A DNA stretch of 64,000 nucleotides from Deltaproteobacteria bacterium (GTDB lineage Bacteria; Myxococcota_A; Polyangia; Fen-1088): positions 97,597 through 161,596 of the forward strand of contig JANRKS010000017.1 of NCBI GenBank assembly GCA_033763315.1. The letters run 5' to 3'. A program made the translations under genes and the position numbers. The notes under the pieces are model-generated. The model had not been told where the DNA came from, did not search any database, and worked only from the letters and a program-made list of their open reading frames with translations. Shown here one piece after another: positions 56,041-64,000 of this stretch. Within the stretch, counting starts at the first letter, position 1, and each line of letters starts with the position of its first letter.

Positions 56041-58391
56041 CCTTGTTTGGATCGACCAAACGCCAGCCGCTCATGAACCAGTGACAACAGGGCTCGCGGC
56101 TCGATGGGTTTGCGCACGAGGCGATCGTTGGGTTGCAAGAAGGGGTGGCCTCCGGCCGCGCCTTCCCAGTACCCAGACATGAAGATCACCGGACCTGCGG
56201 GCACGAGCTCCTTGAATCGCGCCGCCAACTCAATGCCATTGCGCTTCGGCATCACCACGTCGGTGATGAGAAGATCGATGGCAGGCGTCTTCTCCGCCAA
56301 GGCCACCGCGCTTTCGCCGTCGGCACTTTCAAGCACGTTGTAGCCTGCTTCTTGCAGCAGCCTGCACGTAAAATAAAGCACGCTGGGATCGTCTTCGGCC
56401 ACGAGAATGGTTTGACCATGGCCTTGGACCGCCTCCTTGGCCTCAGGCTTCTTGGTGGCGGCAGGCGGAACAACCACTTCCCAAGAGCGCGGCAGGTAGA
56501 TGCGAAATGTGGTGCCCCGATCCACTTCACTTTCAACGGTAACGAAGCCGCCGCTTTGCTTAATGATGCCGTACGCCGTCGCCAAGCCCAGGCCGGTTCC
56601 GAGGCCCAAAGGTTTTGTGGTGAAGAAGGGCTCAAAGATGCGCGCCTTGATCTCCGGGGTCATGCCGCAGCCTGTGTCGGTAAACCCCATCAAGACATAG
56701 GGACCGGCGTTTTCCGCTTCTCCTGGCCCCAGCTCGACGTTTTTCAGCTGGATGTGAAACGATCCCCTTGCGTTCATCGCGTCGTGCGCATTGATAGCCA
56801 AATTCAAGATCACCTGCTCGATCTGGTTTGGATCGGCTTTGATAGACCACAAGTCTTCGTCTGCGGTGATGTGCACTTCCACAGCGTCGCCCATGGCCGT
56901 GTGCAGAACGCTGAGCAAACCTTGCAGGAGCTGAGCAAGGTCAATCACCTGAGGATCAAGCCACTGCTGCCGGCCAAAGGCGAGCAGTTGTTGCGTCAGC
57001 TTGCTTGCCCTTCGCGCGTTCTTGAGGATCTCTGCAACGTCCTCTTGCAACGGGCTATCGGCTGGTAGGCTTGCTTGAATATAGTCAGCGAAACCGAGGA
57101 TCGCCGACAGCACGTTGTTAAAGTCGTGCGACACCCCTCCTGCCAGCCGGCCGACGCTTTCAAGCTTTTGTGACTGGCTGTACCGTTGCTCCAAATCACG
57201 GTGGTCTGTGTTGTCGCGTACGGTGATCGCAACGCCATCGTGCACTTTAACGATCTGGTGGTAAAGCCACCGGCTTTGCAGGTTCGCCGGCGATGGGTGG
57301 CTTTCCTTCGTTATCGGAGATCCCGTCTGCACCACGGCCTTCATGTCCTCGAACGAACCGTTGTTGGCCGCGCCTGGCACCAAGTTCAACAACGTATTGC
57401 CGGTAAAGCGATCCAGGGGCACCCGTACCGTCTCGGCGGCGCGCCGGCTGACGTATTCATAACGAAAGTCGATGATCTCGCCGGCGTCGTCGCGTACCGC
57501 CTGAAGCAAGAAAAGCCCATCGAGGTTCGCCTCAGCGGCCGCGCGAAATCGCTCTTCAGCCACCACAAGAGCTTGGGTGGAGCGCTTGCGGTCGGTGATG
57601 TCTTTGCCTGTTCCCACCAAATACGCTGGGCGTGTTTCGTCACTCTTGTCGACGTCAGCTCGCACCAGAAACCACTGCGGTTCACCGCTGCCGGTCATGA
57701 CCCGCACTTCGAGTTCGAGTGGCTTATGCGTGTTTACCGTCTCACGGATGCGGGCGACGACCTGTGCGTAGTCCAAGGGGTATAATTTCGCGCGCAGCAG
57801 CTCAATCTTTTCTTTGCCGCTGGCTTCGGGCGGCAGCCCTAAGAGGTTGCACAAACCAGATGAAACCCACAGGTCGTGTCCCCCTTTGTCGAGCGACACC
57901 TTCCAAAATCCCAAACGGCCGAATTTTTGCGCCTGTTGCATCAGTCGATCGGTTTCCAGGCGCGTTTGCTGGGAAACCACGCGTGCTGTGACGTCCCTTT
58001 GAATGGCAAGAAAGTGGCTGATCGCCCCCGTTTCGTCGCGCAGCGGGGATACGGACCATTCGATGTGGAACGCCAAGCCATCTTTACGGTAGTTCACCGT
58101 GGACCCAAAAAAAGGCTGTCCCGCCTGTAAGGTCATGCGCAAAGCATCCAGGACGCTCCGCTCGGTGCCAGGGCCTTGCAGGAGGCGAGGGGATTTGCCA
58201 ATCAGTTCAACCGGAGCGTAGCCCGTAAGGCGCGCGCAGGCGGCGTTGGCGTAGACGATGGTTGGCCCCGGTGCCTCCAAATCGGCAGACGTGATCAGCA
58301 CGGCATCACACAGCTGGTCGAAAAGACGAAGCCGTTCGTTTGTGAGTCCGCAGGCCGGGGTTTGGCTTGCCGGATCGTTGAGGTTGGCCAA
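56037..58391 (-). CDS. Multi-PAS hybrid sensor histidine kinase/response regulator
   Basis: Three PAS/PAC-like segments; H-box GGVSHDFNN; IFEPFFTTK...GTGLGL; receiver LLITDVVMP. Confidence 0.93.
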   Translation of the reverse strand: MANLNDPASQTPACGLTNERLRLFDQLCDAVLITSADLEAPGPTIVYANAACARLTGYAPVELIGKSPRLLQGPGTERSVLDALRMTLQAGQPFFGSTVNYRKDGLAFHIEWSVSPLRDETGAISHFLAIQRDVTARVVSQQTRLETDRLMQQAQKFGRLGFWKVSLDKGGHDLWVSSGLCNLLGLPPEASGKEKIELLRAKLYPLDYAQVVARIRETVNTHKPLELEVRVMTGSGEPQWFLVRADVDKSDETRPAYLVGTGKDITDRKRSTQALVVAEERFRAAAEANLDGLFLLQAVRDDAGEIIDFRYEYVSRRAAETVRVPLDRFTGNTLLNLVPGAANNGSFEDMKAVVQTGSPITKESHPSPANLQSRWLYHQIVKVHDGVAITVRDNTDHRDLEQRYSQSQKLESVGRLAGGVSHDFNNVLSAILGFADYIQASLPADSPLQEDVAEILKNARRASKLTQQLLAFGRQQWLDPQVIDLAQLLQGLLSVLHTAMGDAVEVHITADEDLWSIKADPNQIEQVILNLAINAHDAMNARGSFHIQLKNVELGPGEAENAGPYVLMGFTDTGCGMTPEIKARIFEPFFTTKPLGLGTGLGLATAYGIIKQSGGFVTVESEVDRGTTFRIYLPRSWEVVVPPAATKKPEAKEAVQGHGQTILVAEDDPSVLYFTCRLLQEAGYNVLESADGESAVALAEKTPAIDLLITDVVMPKRNGIELAARFKELVPAGPVIFMSGYWEGAAGGHPFLQPNDRLVRKPIEPRALLSLVHERLAFGRSKQG

Positions 58392-58627
58392 GGTGGGGCA
58401 CAGTAGAAGCCAAAACCGCCACGGATGCCAGCGGCGGCGTCAGCCGCGTGACGGTTTGTCCGGCTGCCGGCCCAATTGCCCGTGTGGCTCCACAAGTTGT
58501 CCCGGGTGACACAGGGCAGGACGGTCGCGTCAAAAAAAACGTAAGGAAATTCAGTGGTAAGCCAATTCGCCGGGTTTGGCCCGGACCTTGCTGCAAGGGG
58601 GAGCAGACAAGAAAGGGAGATAAGAAA

Positions 58628-59002
58628 ATGTTTTCGGGTCGAGACGTTCGAGGTGTGGTGGTGGGGTTGGCGATGGCAGCGGGGTTTGCTGGATGTGCAA
58701 CACGACCTGTTGCACGGCCAAGCGCCCAAATCGCTTTTGCCGAGACGGCAAAGCAAGATGATACGGTTCGGAACTTCGAGCGGTGGTTGAACCGCGACGT
58801 GGGTTGGACGCAGGGGCAACGCTTGCGTCGCATCGAGCGGGATTGGATGTCGTCGCTTTCACGGCTTCCCATGTCCCAGCGTAGGGCAGCCGCCACAGCA
58901 ATCGAGTCGAGCATCCGCTCGCGCCGTTTGCAGAATCAACGCGAGCGCGTGATTCAACGTCTTCTGCAAGACGATCAAGTTGCGCTTGCCGATCGGCCCT
59001 AA
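58628..59002 (+). CDS. Hypothetical small lipoprotein
   Basis: GGGAGA RBS; lipobox FAGC; helical basic domain. Confidence 0.6.
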   Translation: MFSGRDVRGVVVGLAMAAGFAGCATRPVARPSAQIAFAETAKQDDTVRNFERWLNRDVGWTQGQRLRRIERDWMSSLSRLPMSQRRAAATAIESSIRSRRLQNQRERVIQRLLQDDQVALADRP

Positions 59003-59170
59003 GGGCACCGCAGCGGTCGCCGCTGTCGAAAAGGCGTGTTCCTCGCCTGCGTGATCAACCACGCAGGCGACGGCGGCAGTGGTGGCCTAACAAGCTTCGG
59101 TGCGTGACGAAGCAACGTAGACGAAACCTGCGCGCCACGTGCGAAGGCGATTGGCGTGCTAGCGTGCCTT

Positions 59171-59998
59171 ATGCGCATCAACGTCGGTTACGAGCTCGTC
59201 TATCAATGCCCGCAACCCACGCCGATGATTCTTACTTTGAGTGTTCATTACGGGCGCGTTTCAGACGTTGTTTACCCTGACCACCTAATGACGTCGCCGT
59301 CGGTGCCTGTGACGGCCTATCGAGACGGCTTTGGCAATTGGTGTAGCCGAATCGTCGCTCCGGCCGGGCGCATCCGCCTTACGGCCAGCGGCGTGGTGAA
59401 CGATTCTGGGCTCCCCGACGTGGTGGCCTACGAGGCGCAACAGCGGCCCGTGCAAGCGCTCCCGGAAGAGTCGCTGCTGTTTTTGCTGGGCAGCCGCTAT
59501 TGCGAAACGGATCTGCTTTCGGAAACGGCCTGGAAGCTGTTTGCCGCCACCCCCCTCGGTTGGGCGCGCGTGCAGGCGGTTTGCGACTTCGTTCACAACC
59601 ACATCACCTTCGGCTACGAGCACGCCAGCGCCACAAAGACCGCCTTCCAAGTGTTCAATGAAAGGCGCGGCGTTTGCCGAGACTACGCCCATCTGGCGAT
59701 TGCGTTTTGTCGCGCCCTCAACATTCCTGCGCGGTATTGCACGGGGTATCTGGGCGACATCGGACTGCCCCCTCCCTATGGCCCCATGGACTTCGCCGGG
59801 TGGTTCGAGGTTTTCCTTGGCGACGCTTGGTATACGTTTGACGCGCGCAACAACACGCCGCGCATTGGCCGCGTCTTGATCGCGCGGGGGCGTGACGCGG
59901 CTGACGTCGCCATCAGCACGACGTTTGGGCCCAATACTCTTGAGAGCTTCAGGGTCTGGACCGACGAAGTGTCCAACGATTTTCGCCCCGCCCTTTAG
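59171..59998 (+). CDS. Transglutaminase-like family protein
   Basis: Motifs YRDGFGN, GSRYCETD, GVCRDYAH, WYTFDAR and GRDAADV. Confidence 0.92.
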   Translation: MRINVGYELVYQCPQPTPMILTLSVHYGRVSDVVYPDHLMTSPSVPVTAYRDGFGNWCSRIVAPAGRIRLTASGVVNDSGLPDVVAYEAQQRPVQALPEESLLFLLGSRYCETDLLSETAWKLFAATPLGWARVQAVCDFVHNHITFGYEHASATKTAFQVFNERRGVCRDYAHLAIAFCRALNIPARYCTGYLGDIGLPPPYGPMDFAGWFEVFLGDAWYTFDARNNTPRIGRVLIARGRDAADVAISTTFGPNTLESFRVWTDEVSNDFRPAL

Positions 59999-60237
59999 GC
60001 GCAAGCCCCACTGGGCGGGTCTCCCAAAAGGTGGGAGACTGAACGAATGAGCGGCGGGCCCTAGGTTTTCTTGCCTAAGGCGTCACCTTGTCGTTGAGGG
60101 AATAATTACCCATCAGCTGCCTGGCCGATCCGCTCTCACAGATAACGCGGCAAGCGGTCAGAGTTTGTCATCGTCGACGCGGGAACGCGGCGGCTGCTCT
60201 GAAAGTCTTTCGTTATCGAACGAGGAGGTAGAAGTTC

Positions 60238-61908
60238 ATGCCATCCCACCGGTTTAGGACGTGCGCGCTCCTCGCATCCGCTTTCGCGCTCGTCAGCGAT
60301 GTCGGCTGCACGGGGGGCACCAGTGGCTCCCAAGACTCAGGCGATGGCCAGGGGGATGGCAGCGACGTCCCGGGGGCGGCGGGCAGCGATGGGCAAGTGT
60401 GTGAAGTTCCAGACGATGGCTGGGCGGTGGCGCCCATGCGGCGTTTGACCGCCGCTGAATATGACTACGCCGTGGCGGATCTCCTGGGCGAAACCCGCCA
60501 CGTGGCCGCCGACACGCTTGACGCCGATGAAGCCATCTCTGGATTTGCCGCGAACACGCAGGTGACCGTTGGTGGTGGTGACGCAGAGAAGTTGGCCAAT
60601 GTCGCGCGGGCGGTGGCCGAAGATGCGGTGACGCGGTTGAACGAGGTTCTAAAGTGCGCATCCGGGCAAAGCAACGAGGCCTGCGCGCTGTCATTCATCG
60701 AACGCTTCACGCGGCGGGCGTACCGACGCAAAGCCACGAGTGATGAACTGGGCATTTTGAACCAGCTCTATAAAGACAAGGCGGCCGCGACAGATCACAC
60801 GCAGGGCGTGCGGCTGGCCATTGAAGCTGTGTTGCAACAGGCCCCGTTTCTCTATCGGCCCATCATCGGCGCTAAGACGCCGAAAGATGGCGTGAACAAG
60901 TTGACCGGTGAAGAGCTGGCTTCACGCATGTCGTTCTTCTTCTGGAGTTCGGTGCCTGATGACGAACTTCTGGACGCGGCGGACGACGGTCAGCTCGACA
61001 CCGTGGAAGGCTTGAAATCGCACGCCGAGCGCATGATGAAAGACCCTCGGTTTGATCGCACTTTGCAAAGCTTTGCGTTGCAGTGGCTTGGCTTAGGCAA
61101 CGAGCCGCAAAAAGACGACATTGCGTATCCCGCGTTCAACACGGAGGTTTGGCGATCGGCAAAATCAAGCGTCGCGCAGTTCTTCTCGTACGTCGTGAAG
61201 GAAACGGACGGCAGCCTGGAAAACCTCTTCACATCGCCGGTTGTGTTTGCGGACCAGCAGTTGGCCACCACCTATGGCATGACCGTCAAAGCCAACGGGT
61301 TCGAGAAAACGGCCACAGATCCCAAGCGCCGAGGTGGCGTATTCATGCAGGCCGCTGTGCTTGCGAACCTGGCTGGCACCGAAGAATCCTCCCCTGTCAA
61401 ACGCGGTGTGTTCGTGCGCAGCAAGCTGCTGTGTCAATCACCGCCCCCTCCACCTGCCAACGGCGTGGCTGCGATTGCGCCGGCTTCGCCGGACAAGACG
61501 CAGCGCCAACGTCTAGAGGAGCACCGCAAGAACCCCACGTGCGCCGCTTGTCACGCATTCTTCGACCCGCTGGGGCTCGCTTTTGAACATTTCGATGGCG
61601 TTGGTGCCTATCGTGAAAAAGAGCACGGGCTGGCCATCGATTCTTCGGGTGATCTCACGGAGAGCGACGTGGACGGCCCCTTTGCCGATGGCGTTGAGCT
61701 GATGTCCCGCCTGCAAGGCAGCCAAGTGGTCGCCGAGTGCCTGACCACTCAGTTCTACCGCTTTGCCGTGGGGCGGCTTGAATCACCGGCGGACGCTTGC
61801 GTGCTTAAGCGTCTAACAGCTTCGATGATGGGGCAGGGGTATTCGGTTCGCGAGGTGTTCACGAAGGTTGCGACGTCAGATGCATTTCGGTTTGTGGGGC
61901 GGATCTAA
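60238..61908 (+). CDS. DUF1592/DUF1588-family multidomain lipoprotein with one CxxCH
   Basis: GAGGAGG RBS; MRRLTAAEYDYAVADLL; WSSVPDDELL; SSPVKRG; CAACH. Confidence 0.9.
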   Translation: MPSHRFRTCALLASAFALVSDVGCTGGTSGSQDSGDGQGDGSDVPGAAGSDGQVCEVPDDGWAVAPMRRLTAAEYDYAVADLLGETRHVAADTLDADEAISGFAANTQVTVGGGDAEKLANVARAVAEDAVTRLNEVLKCASGQSNEACALSFIERFTRRAYRRKATSDELGILNQLYKDKAAATDHTQGVRLAIEAVLQQAPFLYRPIIGAKTPKDGVNKLTGEELASRMSFFFWSSVPDDELLDAADDGQLDTVEGLKSHAERMMKDPRFDRTLQSFALQWLGLGNEPQKDDIAYPAFNTEVWRSAKSSVAQFFSYVVKETDGSLENLFTSPVVFADQQLATTYGMTVKANGFEKTATDPKRRGGVFMQAAVLANLAGTEESSPVKRGVFVRSKLLCQSPPPPPANGVAAIAPASPDKTQRQRLEEHRKNPTCAACHAFFDPLGLAFEHFDGVGAYREKEHGLAIDSSGDLTESDVDGPFADGVELMSRLQGSQVVAECLTTQFYRFAVGRLESPADACVLKRLTASMMGQGYSVREVFTKVATSDAFRFVGRI

Positions 61909-61957
61909 CTCTCTTCTTCGGTAGGTTGCGCGGAAGCGCAGAAAAAGGAACTCCGTC

Positions 61958-63331
61958 ATGTCCAATCGTTATGGCGCCATCAACTTTGCAGATCGCCGTG
62001 CCTTCCTTCGGGCCATGGGCGTGGGGGCGGCCGCGGCACCTTTCATTCCGTTGCTTGAGGCGCAGGCTGCCACGGCGCCGCAGCGGTTGGTGATTATGGT
62101 GGGTAGCAACGGCGTGGGGCGGTTGGATCAGTTCTTCCCCAAAGGGGACACGAACAACTTCACGATGAACGCCACGACCCAATCGCTGGAGCCCTACAAG
62201 AAGGATCTCATCTGTTTTGGGAACGAGTTTGATGGCCGCATCATGGGCGGAGCCATTCCCCACCCTGAGGCCGCCGGCAACCTTTTGACGGCCTCCGCGC
62301 CGGACTCGCCGCCCCCGGACAAAGACGCCGACACGCGCAACAAAGGCACCCGCGCGACAGGTCCATCGGTGGATCAGGTGATTGCAAAGCTGATCGGTAA
62401 GGGCACAGCATTCGAATCATTGGCACTGGGTTGTGGCTCGCAATCGGCGAACCAGTTGGGCGGCTCGATCGTCTACAGAGGATCTAAGGATCCGATCGTT
62501 GCCGAACTCAACGTGTTCAACACGTTTGATCGCTTGTTTCCTGCGGGTGCCATGAGCGGCGGCACAGGCAAAGGGCTGCGCGATGGTGATGGCGCCAAAT
62601 TGATGGACGCGGTGTCGAAGAGCCTCACGTCGCTCAAGGGGCGGGTGGGTGCTGAAGACAGCCGCCGCCTCGATGCACATCTGGAAAGCGTCTCGGCGTT
62701 GAAGGCGCGCCTGGAAACGATTTCTCAGCCCTCCGGTGGTGGAGCCGGTGGTGCGTGCGCCGCGCCCAGCGCGATGCCCCCGCGGAACAACACGGCGGTG
62801 TTCCAAAGTCTTTTGCCGGCCAAATATCTCAAAGAGATCATGCAGACCAACGTCGACATGGCCGTGGCGGCCATGGCATGCGATCTCACGCGCGTTGTGG
62901 TGTTTCAGGTGGGGGCCACCACTGCGCTTTGGCCGCCCGTATTTATGGGCCTACGCGAGCAGTTGCACGATGTGTCGCACAAGAATGCTGACGGCATGTC
63001 GAAATACACCGCTTATACGATCGAGCACGGCTTTGCGTATCTTCTCAAAAAGATGAAGTCGATTCCGGAAGGCAACGGCACGATGCTCGACAACAGCGCG
63101 GTCGTGTGGAGCAACGAGTTCGGCGATGGCAACGCGCACTCAATGGCATCGTTGCCGATCATTGCCGCTGGCGGGGCGGGTGGAAAGTGGAAGACGGGGC
63201 GGTACATTCGTTTTGGCCGGCGCCGGCGCCACGTGGATTTCCTGGTGTCGCTTTGCCGCACGTTCGGCATGGACGTCACAAAGTTCGGCCAAGATCCCAC
63301 GGCGGGTCCGATCGCCGAGCTTGGCGTGTGA
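61958..63331 (+). CDS. DUF1552 domain protein with Tat signal
   Basis: DRRAFLR; SVDQ; MACDLTRVV; LHDVSH; NEFGDGNAH. Confidence 0.9.
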   Translation: MSNRYGAINFADRRAFLRAMGVGAAAAPFIPLLEAQAATAPQRLVIMVGSNGVGRLDQFFPKGDTNNFTMNATTQSLEPYKKDLICFGNEFDGRIMGGAIPHPEAAGNLLTASAPDSPPPDKDADTRNKGTRATGPSVDQVIAKLIGKGTAFESLALGCGSQSANQLGGSIVYRGSKDPIVAELNVFNTFDRLFPAGAMSGGTGKGLRDGDGAKLMDAVSKSLTSLKGRVGAEDSRRLDAHLESVSALKARLETISQPSGGGAGGACAAPSAMPPRNNTAVFQSLLPAKYLKEIMQTNVDMAVAAMACDLTRVVVFQVGATTALWPPVFMGLREQLHDVSHKNADGMSKYTAYTIEHGFAYLLKKMKSIPEGNGTMLDNSAVVWSNEFGDGNAHSMASLPIIAAGGAGGKWKTGRYIRFGRRRRHVDFLVSLCRTFGMDVTKFGQDPTAGPIAELGV

Positions 63332-63384
63332 TTGGTTGGCGGCAGCCAACGCCCGGTGAGGCGTTGGCAGTTTTTCTATCCCGA

Positions 63385-63747
63385 CTAGCGCCGCTCTTCT
63401 TTGCGGTTGTCGCGCGATAGGAAGCCGCCAAGCACCCAAGAGATGAGCGAGACAACGATCGCGCCCAAAACGGCGGAGCCTAAGGATGCCACGGCGAATC
63501 CGGGCACGAGGAACGCCGCAAGCGCGAAGCAGATGCCGTTAACAACAAGGTAGAAGATGCCCAGCGTTAAGATGGTGAGCGGCAGCGACAGCAGCTGCAT
63601 CACAGGCTTGATGATCGCGTTGACGAGCCCCAGCACCAACGCGGCCACCGCCAGCGCGCCGAAGCCAGCCACATAGATCCCGCCCACCAATTTTTGCGCC
63701 ACCAAAAGCGCCACGGCAGTCACCACCCAATGTGCAAAGAAGCCCAT
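63385..63747 (-). CDS. YvlD/DUF360-type four-TM membrane protein ('phage holin family')
   Basis: LGLVNAIIKPVMQLLSLPLTILTLGIFYLVVNG signature. Confidence 0.9.
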   Translation of the reverse strand: MGFFAHWVVTAVALLVAQKLVGGIYVAGFGALAVAALVLGLVNAIIKPVMQLLSLPLTILTLGIFYLVVNGICFALAAFLVPGFAVASLGSAVLGAIVVSLISWVLGGFLSRDNRKEERR

Positions 63748-63815
63748 GGCGGAAGATTGACGGATGGGTAGCACGCGCGCCAGCGGCGGGGCTCTCTTCG
63801 ATCCTGACCGAGACC

Positions 63816-63851
63816 AAAGAAAAGGCCCCGCACCGTTGGATGCGAGGCCTT
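63816..63851 (-). terminator. Intrinsic terminator
   Basis: Minus strand reads AAGGCCTCGCA-loop-TGCGGGGCCTT followed by TTCTTT, just downstream of the stop at 63873. Confidence 0.75.
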
Positions 63852-63872
63852 GCTGTAAACGATGCGGCGCGG

Positions 63873-64000
63873 TTAGCGCAAGAACGCGTCGGTCAATCCG
63901 CCGTCGACGTTGATGACCTGTCCCGTGGTGCGGGGCAGGCGGTTCGACACCAGCAAGAACACAGCTTCTGCCTGGTCTTCAGGTGTAATGGGTTGCTTGA
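63873..64000 (-). CDS. C-terminal fragment of an SDR-family protein, probably the bifunctional rhamnulose-1-phosphate aldolase/short-chain dehydrogenase (truncated by the window edge)
   Basis: Manual translation gives KQPITPEDQAEAVFLLVSNRLPRTTGQVINVDGGLTDAFLR*. Confidence 0.7.
   Translation of the reverse strand, partial: KQPITPEDQAEAVFLLVSNRLPRTTGQVINVDGGLTDAFLR

Noticed and set aside
57980-58330. The first PAS domain of the hybrid kinase looks LOV-like (TGY...IGKSPRLLQG, NYRKDG)
   Set aside because: The photoactive Cys of GxNCRFLQ is absent (KSPRLLQ), so a blue-light receptor is not supported.
60019-60039. Hairpin GTCTCCCA-AAAGG-TGGGAGAC after the transglutaminase gene
   Set aside because: It has no U-tract and I saw only one copy, so it cannot be called a terminator or a REP element.
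63385-63747. 'Phage holin family' gene as a sign of a prophage
   Set aside because: This four-TM family is common in bacterial chromosomes, and no endolysin, integrase or structural phage genes are adjacent.

Overview
A gene-dense, GC-rich bacterial window, most likely from Myxococcota (Polyangia-like). That placement is inferred from Gly-rich-linker lipoproteins, DUF1592/DUF1552 pairs, a CglB-like VWA lipoprotein and an ECF/FecR-TPR module. I saw no rRNA, tRNA, CRISPR array, transposase or integrase. Two accessory systems stand out. (1) A ~20 kb beta-glucan degradation locus (7.3-27.4 kb) encodes two GH16s, a GH81, a GH9 and a clan GH-A enzyme, all predicted lipoproteins. It has no SusC/SusD or TonB-dependent transporter. 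Instead it carries a duplicated module of a CBM-like lipoprotein plus a helical/beta-barrel protein, two CxxCH-bearing TolB-like propellers, and an ECF sigma/FecR-TPR anti-sigma/small-barrel trio. Four transcription units of this locus share an exactly spaced motif, GGGAAG-N18-CTCYAW, probably the promoter of the resident ECF sigma. (2) A tightly packed six-gene cytochrome c operon (43.1-49.1 kb) has 20 CxxCH motifs. It encodes a NapC/NirT tetraheme, a small membrane protein, a c7-like triheme, a diheme cytochrome fused to a porin, a monoheme lipoprotein and an OmcB-like decaheme lipoprotein. Together these look like a complete quinol-to-cell-surface electron conduit. The rest of the window holds pentose catabolism genes (araB, araD), three DUF1592/DUF1552 pairs, repair and housekeeping genes, and a signalling cluster. 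All family assignments come from motifs recognised by eye, not from database searches. Many start codons were adjusted from the ORF track.
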